Part shown: positions 49,500 to 63,509 of the stretch, piece after piece
Layout of the letters: each line of letters opens with the position of its first letter
How positions within the stretch are numbered: the stretch's first letter is position 1
Assembly (NCBI RefSeq): GCF_004010195.1
Contig: NC_057713.1
Span: 104,143,540-104,207,539, forward strand
Direction: 5' to 3'
DNA: 64,000 nucleotides
Origin: Chiloscyllium plagiosum
Taxonomy: Eukaryota
The notes under the pieces: generated by a model
Databases searched by the model: none
Seen by the model: the letters and a program-made list of their open reading frames with translations, nothing else
Told to the model about the DNA's origin: nothing
Made by a program: the position numbers and the translations under genes

Positions 49500-52190
49500 A
49501 GTTACACATTTCTCTCTTTCAAACATCAGATTGAAATCAAATGATATGCTGAGCAGTCTTTCCAGGCTCAAATGTTCTCGGTGGTTCCTCTCTCCTCAAA
49601 TACAATTCTCCCTCTCTTGTCAATCTGGTTGCCTGTTCCATCATAAATTTGATCTCGCTTTCCTTGCAAATTGTTGCCCCGTCTCCAAACTCCCCTTTCT
49701 CTCCATGAACATGCAAAAACTTTCCAAATCCAGTCCCATCTTACCCACAATTATGTGTTTGATTCTCTTAAATTGAGCTTCTGTCTATGACACAGACTGA
49801 AACAACCTTTATCAAAGTTAAAAACTGAGAAAAAATGAAGCACAAAGGGACTTGAGAGTCCCAGTTCAGGATTCTCTCAAGATTAACATGCAGATTCAAT
49901 TGACAATTAAGAGAAAAATGCAATATCAGTACTCATTTTGAGAGGGCTAGATTATAAGAGCAGAGATATAATGCTGAGGCTGTATAAGGCTTTAATCAGA
50001 CTACATTTGGAATATTGAATAGTTTTGAGCCCTGTTTCTAAGTAAGGATGTGTTGCCATGGGAGGGTGTCCACAGGAGGCTGACAAGAATGATCCTGGGA
50101 TGAAGGACTTGTCATATGAGGAGCAATTAAGGCCTTTGGGTCTGTACTCAATGGAGTTTAGAAGGATGAAGAAGGAATCTGTTTGAAACTGAGAGGCCTG
50201 GATAGAGTGGACATGGAGATGATGCTTCCACTCATAGGAGAGACTAGGACCTGAGAGCAAAACTGCGGAGTGAAGGGATAGCCCTTTTGAACTGAGATGA
50301 GATTTTTTTAGCCAGAGGAATAGTTAATCTGTGGAACTCATTGCTGCAGAAGGCTATGGAGGCCAAGTCATTGAGTGATTTTAAGACAGATATAGTTTAG
50401 TAAGGAGATCAAGGGTGAGAAGGGATGGTAGTAGAATGGGGTTTAGAAACATATCAGCCATGATTGAATGGTGGAGCAAACTTGATGGACCAAGTGGCCT
50501 AATTCTGCTCCTATATCTTATGGTCTTATGCAGATATTTTGTGAAAGTAGCCATGCTAAATAATTTACCGATATTCATCTCAACCTGTCGTTTCCTATGC
50601 AGTTTTTCATGCCATCCTGATCAATCACGTCCTCTGTCATTATATTGGGTGAAACCAGCTTTACTTGATTTAATTTCATTTATTGAATTGTTTCTAAAGA
50701 AATACCTCCTAAAGCATTACTTACTTAGTCTTATGAAGAAAGATAAGCCCTTAGCCCTTTTTGTTTTACTTTGGCATGTCTTTTGCCCAGTCCACTATAC
50801 CTGATTGGTCACACTGCCCTTTGAACAGCAGTTAAGAAAACAAAAGACATTGTCTTTGGTCCCCTGATTCCCCTTATCCTTTGTGAGTGATAATATACAT
50901 TATTCAAATATATTATTCATACTACTATCAAGATAGTAGTACCTCTTACCACCTTCAGAACTTTACTTGACTCCAAGGCAAATAAGGAAAATAGGGAAGT
51001 CTTCCAAAACTATACAAAGTGCTCATCAGATGCCAACTAGGATACTGTGAACAGTTTTGGGTCCCATATCTAAGGACAGGCATTGGAAGCAGTCCAAAGA
51101 AGGTTAACTAGGCTGATACCAAGTATGGAGGGACTAACATACGAGGAGACGTTGACCAGGGTTTGGCTGTACTCATTGGAATCAGGAAGAATGAGAGGAG
51201 ACCTTCTTGAAATATGTATGATTTTCAGGAGATTTACTAGGTTAGAATAAAAACAGTTGTTTCCCCTTGTGGGAGAGTCTAGGACCAGAGGGCATAATCT
51301 CAGGAAAAGGGATCATACATTTAAGACAGAGGTGAGGAAATTCTTCTCTCTTGAGATAGTGAATCTGTAGAATTCTTGACCACAGAGGACTTTTGAGGCT
51401 GGATCATAAACATGCTCAAGGCTGAGATAGACAGATTTTTAATCAGTGAGAGAATCAAGGCTTATGGCAGAAAATCAGGAAAGTAGTGTTAGGAATTATC
51501 TGATCAGTCATGATCTCTTTGAATAGCAGAGCAGACTGATGGGCTGAATAGACTACATGTGCTCCTATGCCAATGCACTTACAGTCTATCTCAGCTTTTC
51601 AGCTATTGAAACCACCAAACATGCCTTTGTAACCTTTCTACTTATCTATTGCAATACTCTCTTGGTTTGCTTCCCATCTTCCGTCCTACACATGATTGTG
51701 CTCATTCAAACGTCTGCTGCCCATAACTTCCTAACTCAGGTGCGGTCATTGCCTCTATATGAGTTAAAATTGATTGGTTCCTGGACTATCAATGCCTCAA
51801 ATGCAAAAAACACAGCCTTGTCTTTAAACCCTTTATTTCCCTCTCTCTTCCAGCTTTGTAACCCCTTCCAGCCCCATTACATTTTGAAATCTCTTTTATT
51901 TTTCGATTTTAATACATTCTTTATCCATATTTTGCTGTCCCACTGACAACTATGCTTTTAGGTTGTTCTGTGCCTTGTGACAAACTTCTGTAATTCCATT
52001 CCCAAACCTCTCGCTTGTTTCCCTATTTCTGATCCTTTACAATGCTCCTTATAACTTATTTACCACACAAAGGTTTTGGTCATCTGTCTTGGTATCTCAT
52101 TCTGTAGCTCAATGTCACATTTTGATCGATAACACCCTATGGAAGCAACTTGATATGTTTTGCCAAGGCACTATATAAATGCAATATAAG
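49500..52190 (+). mobile_element. L2-clade LINE remnant interrupted by two CR1 copies (~49825-50530, ~51045-51575)
   Basis: LANCCPVSKLPFLS (RT N-terminus) and HAFVT..IYCNTLL...IQTSAA (L2 C-terminus). 3' tail ggcactatataaatgcaa. Confidence 0.7.
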
Positions 52191-52253
52191 TGGTTATAAT
52201 TAAACTATAGCGATGAAGCTTGCTGAGGGTACGTAGAACAGTAAGTTGCACTT

Positions 52254-53446
52254 TGTCATGAGAATGGGTATTTCAGTTATCTAAAGAACTGATGTGGAGA
52301 TAGCTGTTGAATCTGACCTATTAGCTGCTTTGGGATGTTGATCAGCAACTTTCAATAGCTGGTTGTAATTCCCACAAGGCTTAAAATGAGATTCTAATTT
52401 GTTTTTATTTCATAAATATTATACATACATACATTTTTTAAAAAATAAAATCTTACTGGGCTTAAATTAGATTGCTGTTGATCACAGAATGTGCAAGTTG
52501 GCTAAGGTCTAGAAATTTCCAGGAAAATTCCAGTAGGCAAAACTACGGTATCATTCATGTGAACTTTCAGACCTATATTTGTAGAGTATCTGCAAATACA
52601 TGGAACGATGAGGGGGACAGATCTTCCATCTTTCTACTTGGGCTGATAACAAAGAAAGCTTCATCAAACCTTTATATTCCTATAAAGTGCAAGTTGCCCC
52701 ATAGTTGTCTTCTACAACTGGCAATGGTTTTATCCAGAAATACGGAAACTACCTCGTTAAGTGGAAATTAACTCATCCAAAAACCCTATAACTTGACTGA
52801 AACGCTTCAAATGATTGAATAAATATAATATTACAAATCTTATTTCAGCCTGCTTTTAACATCGGAACAGAAAACAGCAAATTGCTCCGCTAAAATCTGG
52901 TTTAATCTGAACTACTCTCAAAAACATGGTTTCTAAAAAGAATCCTGTGCTTTCCATGAAAAATGAACCAATTCAAAGTCTACAAAAATCATTTGACTTG
53001 GCCTTCAACTGCGTCTGAGCACCTATGAAAAAAGGTACTCTGCCAGACCGTTCGACTGTGGCAAGAACCGTTAATAGACATTGACTTACTGGACTCTGAT
53101 TCACTCATGTCTAATACTCATGTCTTTTTAAAAAGTTGTTTGTAATTGTAACTTCTTTCCCTTTTCTCTTTCTTTTATCTTTGCTTGTATGTGTCACCAA
53201 AATTATCCCTTGAATTGAATGCACAAATAAATCATCTTTTTGTTTTCTACAGAGAGTTTGTTATGGCTCATTTAGAAGTGGGACTTCACAAAGAGAGGAT
53301 TTTGGGGATTCACACCATAGCTTATTTCGGAAAGGGACAAGAAATAAAATAATAGAAAATAATAACAACCTCTGCTTATGAGCAGGCTAGGGGAACAGTA
53401 AAATAATTCAGTCCACCTCTTCCTCTGTGGCACTGGTATTACAACA
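52254..53446 (+). mobile_element. Possible old solo LTR (ERV/Gypsy-like)
   Basis: Begins tgtcatgaga, has TATA-like and AATAAA signals, and ends ...ttacaaca. No TSD found. Confidence 0.3.
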
Positions 53447-53763
53447 GAATGGTTCACAGTCAAAGGTGTGTAATACTGTGAATTTAAGTGGATACAAAAA
53501 GTCAAGATTTTCAGGTTTACGTATTCCTGACCAATACTTCTTGGAAACTCTTTTTACCATGAAGTCTGATGAGTATCAGCGTTACAGTTTTAATAAAAAT
53601 CTGTAAATACAGGGAACAGATGAAAGATTGGTATCAACTGGTGAGAGTGCAATTCTGCAGCCTGCTTGGATTCTGGAAGCTGTCTTACCATCAGGAACAT
53701 CTTAGCTTATCCAGTTTTCAAAATAAAATCAGTTATGTGAGCCTGTAAAATCAAGACATATGA

Positions 53764-54042
53764 TGGTGAGAGGGGAAAGATGTAAAAGGGACCTAAGGGG
53801 TAACGTTTTCATGCAGGCAATGGTGTATTCATGAAATGAGCTGCCAGAGGAAGTGGCGGAGACTGGTACTGTTACAACATGCAAAAGACATCTGGATGGG
53901 TACATGAATAGGAAGAGTTTAGATGGATATAGGAAAATGCTGGCAAATGGGATTAGATAAATTTAGGACATCTGATTGGCATGGACAGTTGGACCGAAGG
54001 GTCTGTTTCTGTCCTGTAAAACTCAATAACTCTATAACTCTA
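53764..54042 (+). mobile_element. HER1/CR1-type LINE 3' end
   Basis: Homologous to 9425-9710, with a ctctataa-like tail. Confidence 0.8.
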
Positions 54043-54224
54043 TTATGTATTGACTCTAAGAAATTTGTTGAATTTTATGAGTTCTTCTCATCAAGTTTGC
54101 AGATCTATAATCAGTTAAAATCATTCAGCTCAAATCACATCATTTAATCTGTCAACACGAAGGATCAATTTGCAGAGCTTTGCTTCTGGTGATTAGTGTC
54201 TCCAATGGAAATACTTTTCAAAGA

Positions 54225-55695
54225 AATGTAGAAAATAGGAGAAGGAATATAGGCTATTTGACCCTTGAAGCCTGCTCTGCCATTCATTATGATGTGCTTG
54301 ATCACTCAATTCAATTGCCAGTTCCTATTTTTCCACCATATCCTTTGATCCTTTTAGTTTCAAGTGCTATATCCAAATCCTTGTTTAAGTCATACAATGT
54401 TTTGGCCATGACTGCTTTGTGTGGTAGCAAATTCCAAGGGGGTTCCATTCTCCAGGTGGAAAAATATCTTCTTATCGCAGTTCTAAATAGTTTGTCCTGT
54501 ATCTTTGACTGGGATCCTGGTTTTGGACTCCCCCTCCATTTGGAATAATCTCCTTGCATCTACCCTGTCTATTCCTGGTGGAATTCCTTGTGCTTCTGAA
54601 CTCTAGCAATGTAGTCCTAACAGATTCAATCTGTCATCATACGCCAGTCCTGCCATCTCAGGAATCAGTCTGGTAAACTTTCACTGCACTTCCTCTATAG
54701 CAAGTGGGTACCTCCTCAGATAAGGAGACCAAAACTGCACACAATATTCCAGGCATGGTCTCACCAAGGTCCTGTACAATTGCAGCAAGGCATTCCTACT
54801 CCTGTACTCAAATGCTTCTGTTATGAAAGCCAACATACTATTGCCTGCTTTACCACCTGCTGCACCTGCATGCTTACCTTCAACGATGGATGTACACGAA
54901 CACCCAGGTCTCATTGCATATTCTCGACTTCTCATTTATCCACATAATACTACATCTACCATGCATTTGTCCTCTCACTCAGTCTGTTCAAATCACATAG
55001 AAGCATCTCTGCACCCTCCTCACTGCTCTCTCTCCCATCCAGCTTTCTCTCATCTGCAAATTTGTCAATATTATATTTAGTTCCCTCTCCAAATTATTCA
55101 TATATATGTTGTGAATAACTGGGGGTCCCAGCACTAATCCCTGTGTTACCCCACTAATTACTGCCTACTATCCAGTAAAAGTCCAGTTGTTTCCTGTCTG
55201 CCAATCAGGTTCTATACATCTCAATGCAATACACTTTAATTTTACACATTAATCTCTTTTGTGTGACTTTGTCAAAAGTCTTCTGAAAGTCCAAATAAAT
55301 CTCATTCACTGGCTTCTCTTCATCAACTCTATCAGTTACATTTGTGAAGAACACCAATAGGTTTGTCAGTCATGATTTCTTTTATGTAACTTCAATTGAA
55401 TCTCTCTGATCCTGCCACTGTTTCCCAAATGCTCAGCTATTAATTCTTTTATTAATTCTTTTACAGTGGATGGTAGCATTTTCCCCACAACACTGAGGTC
55501 TGACTAGACTATAATTCCTGGTTTTCTCTCTGCCTCCTTTTTTAAATGGAGGGTTTACATTACCTACTGTAGGAACTATTCCATGGTCTATAATATCTTG
55601 AAAGATGACCATGAATGCATCCATTATTTCGAGGGCCATTTCCTTAAATAATCTGGGATGTAGATTATCAGGGTTTGAGGATTTATTAGTCTTCA
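54225..55695 (-). mobile_element. CR1-clade LINE ORF2 remnant
   Basis: ORFs 54681 (LQLYRTLVRPCLEYCVQFWSPYL) and 55433 (KSSNPDNLHPRLFKE). Confidence 0.85.
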
Positions 55696-55921
55696 AAATT
55701 AGCTACTAACACCAGATTATCTGATCCATTCAATATAAGAATTAACTCTGAGCCAGGTCCCATATATGCAATGTACACAGACTTGATATTGGTGCTAATA
55801 TCACTTACTGTACTGCAGTGAAAGAAGCATAGATTGCTTATTCTTTATTTGCACCTGCATAGCTAAAAATTTTCAAATCAACATACAATAATTCATGATC
55901 CATAACTTACTGTTTTCTCAG

Positions 55922-55996
55922 ATGATATATAGGTCTGTTGAAATGAGACTCAAGAAAAGCCAAACAAACTCCAAGGTTGAGAGGATGAGAAGATGA
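55922..55996 (+). CDS. Candidate downstream or terminal PDE1 exon (uncertain)
   Basis: Good acceptor (cttactgttttctcag|) in non-repetitive DNA. Phase 1 gives DDI*. Phase 0 gives MIYRSVEMRLKKSQTNSKVERMRR*, weakly like the recalled PDE1C end RYKMLDQRIKMKKIQNIS. Confidence 0.3.
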   Translation: MIYRSVEMRLKKSQTNSKVERMRR

Positions 55997-56659
55997 TGTT
56001 AACACAAGGGACACAGCACCTGTGACCTACAACACAATAGGAAAGCTATGTTGGGCAATGGATACCGACAATCAGAAATGCTCAGAGCATCGCAAGATGA
56101 AAGGCTGAGATAGAAATATGGCAACAGGAGTAGGCCATTCAGCCCATTGTTCCAGTTTTCACAAAGGTCACTGAAATTACAGTGATCTCCTCTCCAGGTC
56201 AGGAGCATAGCATCTGGGCAATTTCTGGCCTTGCAAACTCAACTCTTGCAATGTTGCCCTGAATGTTCAGATTTTTCAGATTTTCTATTGGTTGGGTGGG
56301 GGAAGGGGGTCGTGCGGAATTGTTTGGATGTCGCCAAAGGGATTGCTGGATATGGAAGTGGGCTGTAGGAAAGACCGGCACTTTGTTCCCACTGTGACAA
56401 AAACAATAAAACAAAAACAGCTGGACTCTTTACGTATGTCACTCCTATGCCCATTCACTGCCAACATGCCATTTCAAACCCTCACCCACACCCAATAGAC
56501 CACCATATGCTCCATGGTCAACCTATTCTGCTCTACCATCACCATGGCCTTTTATAGCCCCTGTGCCATATATCCTCATGGCCCTTGATACCCTTTCCCC
56601 CAATATATGCCCCTCTATCCACAGCATACTGATTGATAGCCCCTCATCCTATATAGTCA

Positions 56660-58490
56660 TAGAATCATATCATACAGGCATATCACCAAAGTTCCATCAC
56701 TATCCACACGATCCCACTTTTCTGCACTTAACCCTTGGTTTGAATGTTATGACACTTCGAGCATTCATCGAAGTACTTTTTTAAAGATTGTGAGGTGATT
56801 GTCAAACTACCCTCTCAAGTAATGCATCCCAGATTCCCACCTACATCTGAGTGAAAAACATTTTCCTCAAAATGCTTCTAAATCTCCTTGCTTTCACTTT
56901 ACAAGTGTGCCCTCTTCTTCAACTAAAGGGAAGAACTGCTTTCTGTTCAACCTCTCATAATTTTATGCACTTCCAACAGGATCCCTCCTTAACCTTTCCT
57001 GCTTCAAAGGAAGCAACCCAAGCATATTCAGCCTCTCTTCGCAGCTCTTCAATGCTCCATTCCAGACAATATCCTGGCAAATCTCCTCTGTGTCCCCTCC
57101 AGTGCAATCACACCTTTCTTTTAGTGTGATGATCAGAACTGCACACAGTACTCCAGCTGTGGTCTAACCAAAGTTCTGTACAGCTACAAAATACTTCCAT
57201 GCTTTTATCATCTATGCCTCAACTGATAACCTATGCCCCTTTCTCCACCCCCACATCCCTGATACCAACTTGGTTTCAACCCATTCCAAACCACAGCGAA
57301 AATGAGGAATGCAGATGCTGGAGATTAGAGTCAAGAGTGTGGTGCTGGAAAAGCACAGCAGGTTAGGCAGCATTGGAGGAGCAGGAAAATCAGTGTTTTG
57401 GTCAAAAGCCCTTCATCAGGAATAACCTCATTCCTGATGAAGGGCTTTTGCCTGAAACATCACTCTCGACTGATTCCACACCATGTCAATATCTACCACC
57501 TTGCCCTTACATCCTCCATGTCAACTCACTCACTGGGTCGACCTCAGATCCCAGACTGTAAATCAAGAGAAAACTCTCCACTGCTTGGAGCCAGACCTTG
57601 CAAAAAGGAAGTTGGTTGTGATTGCTGGGGATCAATCAAAAACATTGGTGCAGGACTTTCTCAGAGTAATGCCCTACCATCTTTAGCTGCTTCATCAACA
57701 ACCCTCCCTCTGTGATAAGGTCAGAAATGGAGATGTTCGCTGATCATTGCACAGTGCTAGCTATCACTCCCAGCTCCTCGGATACTAAAGCAATCTGCAA
57801 TCATTGCCATATGTGGTCCTCACATCATGCATGCTTGGGTTGATGAATTCAAAGTGGCATTCACGACAGTCAAGTGTCAAGAAATGAAAATCTCAAAAAA
57901 AGAGAGTATCCAACCATTTTCCCATGACTTTCGATGGTATTACAATCACTGAATCCCACACTAACAACATCCCGGCATTACTATTGACCATAAACTGAAC
58001 TAAATGTGCCATATAAAGGCTATGACTACAGGAGCAAATGAGAAGCACTGCTGAATAACTCAACTGTTGACTCCCCTAACAACCAGCACAAAAAAGCCCG
58101 CTTGGATAATCATCAGTTCAAGTATTTATTTACTATAGTACCAGTGTACTGTGGTAGCAGTGTGTATCATATAAATGATCAACTTTAGTGATTTGTTTCT
58201 TGAATCCTTCAACACCATCCTTCCAAACTTTTGATGCTTACAACCTAGAAGGACAGATACTTGGGAACACCACTATTTGAAAATTCCCTTCCTCGCCCTG
58301 CACCTTCCTGTTTTGAAACTATATTTTCATTCCCTCCCTTTCGCTGTATTAAAATACTGGAACACTGACCCTTTCAGAGTAGTGGGTATACCTACAGCAC
58401 ATAGACAACACTTGTTCAAGAATGCAGCTCAACACCACCAAAGGCAATTGGGAACAGGCATGAAATACTGGCCTAATGAGTAATGTCCAT
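56660..58490. mobile_element. CR1 remnants (minus ~56660-57230; plus, second family ~57560-58490)
   Basis: Homologous to 63510-64000 and to 23170-24130, respectively. Confidence 0.65.
57295..57470. mobile_element. Penelope-like terminal fragments, inverted junction with 21-bp hairpin
   Basis: caaaagcccttcatcaggaat (57403-57423) pairs with attcctgatgaagggcttttg (57430-57450). Confidence 0.75.
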
Positions 58491-59207
58491 TTAATCCGTT
58501 GCATTAACTTGTAGTTTGTGGAGCATTCTAATCCATGTGGTAACCTTTAAGATCATTAGTCTGATTGCTTTGCCTGCACAATATATTATCCTAAAAATAA
58601 GCTTATGATACTGGACTAGTGATCCAGAAATCAGAAATTTAAATCCTATTATCGTGACTAACTTCAATAAATCTGGTAATCTTTGGTCTGGCCACAGACA
58701 ATAATGAAATTGCTAATTTATTACAAAATACCCACTTGTTTGCTAATGTCCTGTAGAAAGCTAAACTGGCCTAGATGTAAACCTTACTTTCCTTGGATGG
58801 AGTAAGCTGGAAGGATCATCTGGTCTGCTCTTGCTCATATTTCTCATGTTGTCATGTGTTATTGGATCAAATTAATTAATTTGGAGGTTCATTGATAGAT
58901 TTTGCTGTCATTTAAGTACCAGGAACCAATAATTTTCGACTTGTTTAGATTCATTCCCGTAATTATATTCCATCTTCTGCTGAATCTCTAGGGAAGCTAA
59001 GCATTGTCAGTGCCGAGTCCACGGATTCCAGTCAGGAAAGGGACCAAAAGAAGGCAGGAGGTAGGTGCATGAGTTATATTCTATTGCAATACAACATAAC
59101 CAACAGCTCTATAAATATATATATGTGTAGTTTGAATGTGAATGTCAAGTACTGTGCTTCCTGCATTGTTGATACCTTGTGGCTCATATTTACTGCACTA
59201 CCTCTCT

Positions 59208-59305
59208 TCTGATGAAGGGCTAATGCCCAAAACATCGATTCTCCTGCTCCTCGGATGTTATCTGACCTGCTGTGCTTTTCCAGCACCACACTCTCGACTC
59301 TGCAG
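59208..59305 (+). mobile_element. Penelope-like 3' terminal fragment
   Basis: ctgatgaagggctaatgcccaaaacatcgattctcctgctcctcggatg...cagcaccacactc, the same family as the 11240-11310 segment. Confidence 0.75.
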
Positions 59306-60465
59306 CACTACCTCTCTGACTTTTCTGACCATACCCTTTATCATCCTCTCTCAAACAGCATCTTATTCTCATGCCAGAGTTAAGCAACTAAATGTGATTC
59401 TCTGCAATAAAGCAGTGGTATAAAAACAATTATGCATTGTTATTATGACCTACTTACTGTGGGATATTCATCAGCAAAGAAGTGCAGCAATACATGTTGC
59501 TTCATTTGATTAAGTGCACAGCATCAAATTGGCACTATTTTTCGCATTTGTCAACATTCTTCTTAAAACAAATGATGCAGACTTGAAACACTGCAATTAT
59601 GTGGCATTCGCTGAAACTATAACATCATTACCTGTAATTATATATATCTTACTGCTGATGTGTGCTGTAATGAATATAAATTATTTAAATACAGGATCCT
59701 TTTGTATATCTATCAGCTATTCAGGAAGTTAATGTCAAACACAAATGTCAGGTCAGCATTTTGTGCTTGGATTTTAACTCCCACAAGCACTGAAAGCTGT
59801 CTATTCTCTACAACATGAGACTCAAGCAATTGAACCCAAGTTTTAACTAGTCACCTTCCAAGTCCAATGGGAAGGTTCAGTTTCCTGGAGAAACCAAGAA
59901 TTTGGATGACAGGTGTCAGGTAAGTTGTTCAGATGGGGTTTGTCAGGATATTGTAACTAGGGGAGAGGAACATGAGAGCCTCCAACGTCCTCTCAGCCTG
60001 CAAAGGAAAATTAATAAAGTTATAAATGTTTCTGAGATTGGTGACACTCAAGATTCATCTCACGTTATCAATATTCAGTTAAAATTGCAAAGTTGCACCT
60101 CTCCTTAAAATGGATGTTTCATTCACCTGTTCAAGAAAATACGTTAAAATTGCAATCCATCAGGATTATAAAAAGAAAATCACAGTGGTCATCTTAACTA
60201 TTTATCAATGGGCAGGATTAAAATCAGCCCTTTGGACTTGAGTGTAAGACTAGACAGTTGAGTTTGTACAACTGATTATTTTGAAACTGAAGGTTTTACA
60301 CAAGTCACTGCACTTGACAATGAAAATAAATGCATGATGTAAAACAATTGCCATATCTCCGTTTTTTTATAATGTTCATTTCTCTTCATCTCAGATTAAG
60401 TATTCAAACTTTGGCTCTCAGTTTATACACACAATATCAGCAACGATAATTGATGAATTTGATTA

Positions 60466-60745
60466 GTGTGGAAACAGGCCTTCGGCCCAACAAGTCCACA
60501 CCGATCCTCCGAAGAGCATCCCATCCAGACCCATTCCCCTACATTTACCCCTTCACCTAACATTGCAGGCAATTTAGCATGGCCAATTCACCTAATTGGA
60601 TTGTGGGAGGAAACCGGAGCACCCGGAGGAAACCCACGCAGATGCGGGGAGAATGTGCAAACTCCAGTTGCCTGTGGCGGGAATTGAACCCAGGTCTCTG
60701 GCGCTGTGAGGCAGCAGTGCTAACCACTGTGCCACCGTGTCACCC
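60466..60745 (-). mobile_element. HE1-type V-SINE
   Basis: Reverse complement of the HE1 head and core. Confidence 0.85.
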
Positions 60746-62789
60746 ACCCACTGTTGATAACTAAATCTTTTGAGACTGAAGGGATAATTTTCAAGCAGCA
60801 ATAAATACTTAGCAGAATCAACCGTGGAGAGTGACACCGTTCAATGATCAGCAATTTCGTCAGGAGAAAGGAAAATAGAATTCAGCAGCCTACCTCATTC
60901 AGAGCAATACTCACTAAGCATGTTACTCAGTCAGTTAGTTCCTGAAGGGCTAGATTGTAATTTTCCTGGTGAAAACACTGGATTTATCCCACATGTGGAA
61001 TAATCCAAGTGAAAAGAAAACGGTAGCATTTTGAAAGTCAGCTATTTCAATGAGAAAAGTATATGAAAGAGTTTTTCTGTTATTTCATGAGACGTGAGCA
61101 CTGCTGTCAAGGCCTGCTGATGAAGTCTGGCCCAAATTGTCTTGAGAAGTTTGAAGTGAGCTACTGTTATAGTCCATCTGGTGTCATTATGCCCACAAAA
61201 GCTGGTTGGAAAGTGAATTTCAGGATTTTGGCCCAGCTACAGTTAATGAACAGCAACTACAGTTTCAGGTCAGAGTGGTATGTGGCTTGGAATAGAATTT
61301 GCTAATGCTGAGGCTTCCATCTGTCTGCTACTCTTGTCTTTCTACAAAGTTGACAATTTGTGTGTTCAGAAGATGATGTTGTCAGAGGAGGTGTCATGGT
61401 GAGCTACTACAGTGCATCTTGTAGATGGTACACATAGCTGGCACTATGTGTCAGTGTTGGAGGGAGAGAATGTCTAAGGTGGGAGATGAAGTGCCCACGC
61501 ATTCAAGATTTTGATGGTGGAGTATTCAGCAATGGCAATGTTGAATGTCGGGGGGAAGAATGTTAGATTCTTTCTTGGTGGAGGTGGCACAAGGCTATCG
61601 TTGATAGATGCCATGGAGTGGACCTCCCTTTTCATAGTCTTGTTCACCTATGCAAAGTGCACACATGCAGATGAGCCATTGGATTTGGGTACAGAAAACG
61701 TACCTGAGCAGCAGTGGATTCTTACCCCGTATTGTAGCTCAGCTCCAATTTCTCATCTTCCCTTTTTCAAGGTTAATGTGGAACCTTTCTTGGATAAACA
61801 AACAAACACTCCTGATACTATGTAACAGGATTTTTATAATTACTCTGCTATTATATTGAAGTGTATCAGTCAACTGTGGCTTCATTTTCAACTGAAGTAC
61901 AAGGCTGTGGCAATGGTGACTAGGAAAAATAAAGTTTCAGCCACTATACTGTCAAAAAATAATTTTACTCCTACTCTAGCATTTAATTTGAAATCTGTTC
62001 TCTAGCTATTGATCATTATTCATGGACACTGGTTGAACTAACCAATCTCCCTTTAAATTTTTGAATTGGTTTGGAAATTTTCTCTGCAGCATACCATTTG
62101 AAAATGCCCCCTTCTCTCCCAGGATTCTGCATTGATGTTTAAGCAAACCTGATGCCAGTAAGGTATTTTCCTGTTACACTGTCAACCTGGAGCAATGGCA
62201 GTGACTGCGGCCTCTGCCTTTCTGCTCGGATTTGGTGCAGATACTCTCGGAGTTCTTGTCTCTATATGCTTAGCTGCCACCCAATAGAAATTTGCTGCAG
62301 AGTTGAAAGTAGCCATGCAGACCTTCCCCATGTCAATGAGAGACTCGCTTTGAAATGCCAACTATGAGTAAAAGGCTGGAATGAACCTCTGTAAATTTAG
62401 CAGTTTCCTCATCAATCCCTTGTCCTCTTATAATGTTTTTGGTATAGCAGCTGATTGTATTCAGGAGCACACTGACATGATCCTTCTGCATAAGCCTGGA
62501 AGTGCCCATGGATTGATGGAATTGACACCAGGGCTTGGATGGAGACCAGGCTTTCACCATCATTCTGTGCACTTCTAGTTTGAATGTCGCAGGACCCTGA
62601 TAATGGTGATTTGCTCTGATCACTGCTGCATTTGTACTTGAGTGCATTGTATTGGGTTGATGGCTTTTCACTTGCCTGCCTTTATCAGCATCAGTTGAGA
62701 TCCCTCTTAGATGACTGTCAGACTGCACAGTAAGAGAGTCACCAACTCTAAATTTCATGTCTGGGTTCTGATTACTTTAAGAGACGATG

Positions 62790-63010
62790 TGTTGTGACTA
62801 TAATGAGGTCAGCCAGGTGGAGCTCATAGAAAATGAGTTCCCTGATTGGGTCTGTTAATCTGTTCCAATTAGGAAGCCCTGGCAGACAGATAAAAAGAGG
62901 AGCATCTGACATCCTGTTCACTCAGAGCTGGCTCTAAGGGAGGAGGACTCTCTATTTGTAAATGAAGGGTGACTTGGTGATGGGATATTGACCTCTGTGG
63001 AGTTATTTCA
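62790..63010 (+). mobile_element. Short solo LTR (~220 bp)
   Basis: tgttgtga...ttatttca with flanks cgatg/tgatg (5-bp TSD with a CpG transition). Same family as 1799-2019. Confidence 0.7.
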
Positions 63011-63509
63011 TGATGAATGACCAACACGCTCATGAAAACTGCTAAAAATCTTAATTATTTATTCTGTGTACCAAGACATAATTGAAACGGATTTCACTAG
63101 ACTTTTCCTCCATCAGGTCCCCGTATCATGTGATCTGCCACCACAAATAATGCAGTCTGGCCATGAGTATGCAGCTTTTCTCCATTACTCCTTACCTATG
63201 AACGCCAAATGCTACATTTACTTGAAGTTCGACAGAGAAGACTCAGCATTACTGGCTAGAGAAACAGTTAACCCTTAAAATTAACCTTTTCTCTCACTCA
63301 GTAAATTTCCAAACTCATACTCCAATATTGGATAAACTCAGTGACAGTTATGTTCTTTGTGCTCCCTTATAAGCTTCTGACTTGGAATAATATCACTCAC
63401 TGAGGCTCCATCGAAAACCTGGAACTCCCTTCCTCACACTCTGGTTGGACTTGGACCACCCAGAATGCAATGGGCCAAGAGGCAGTTTACCTTGACATTC
63501 TCATGCAGG

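Noticed and set aside
59400-60450. AT-rich unique region with several AATAAA as the PDE1 3' UTR
   Set aside because: AATAAA is frequent by chance in AT-rich DNA, and it cannot be linked to an exon without transcript data.
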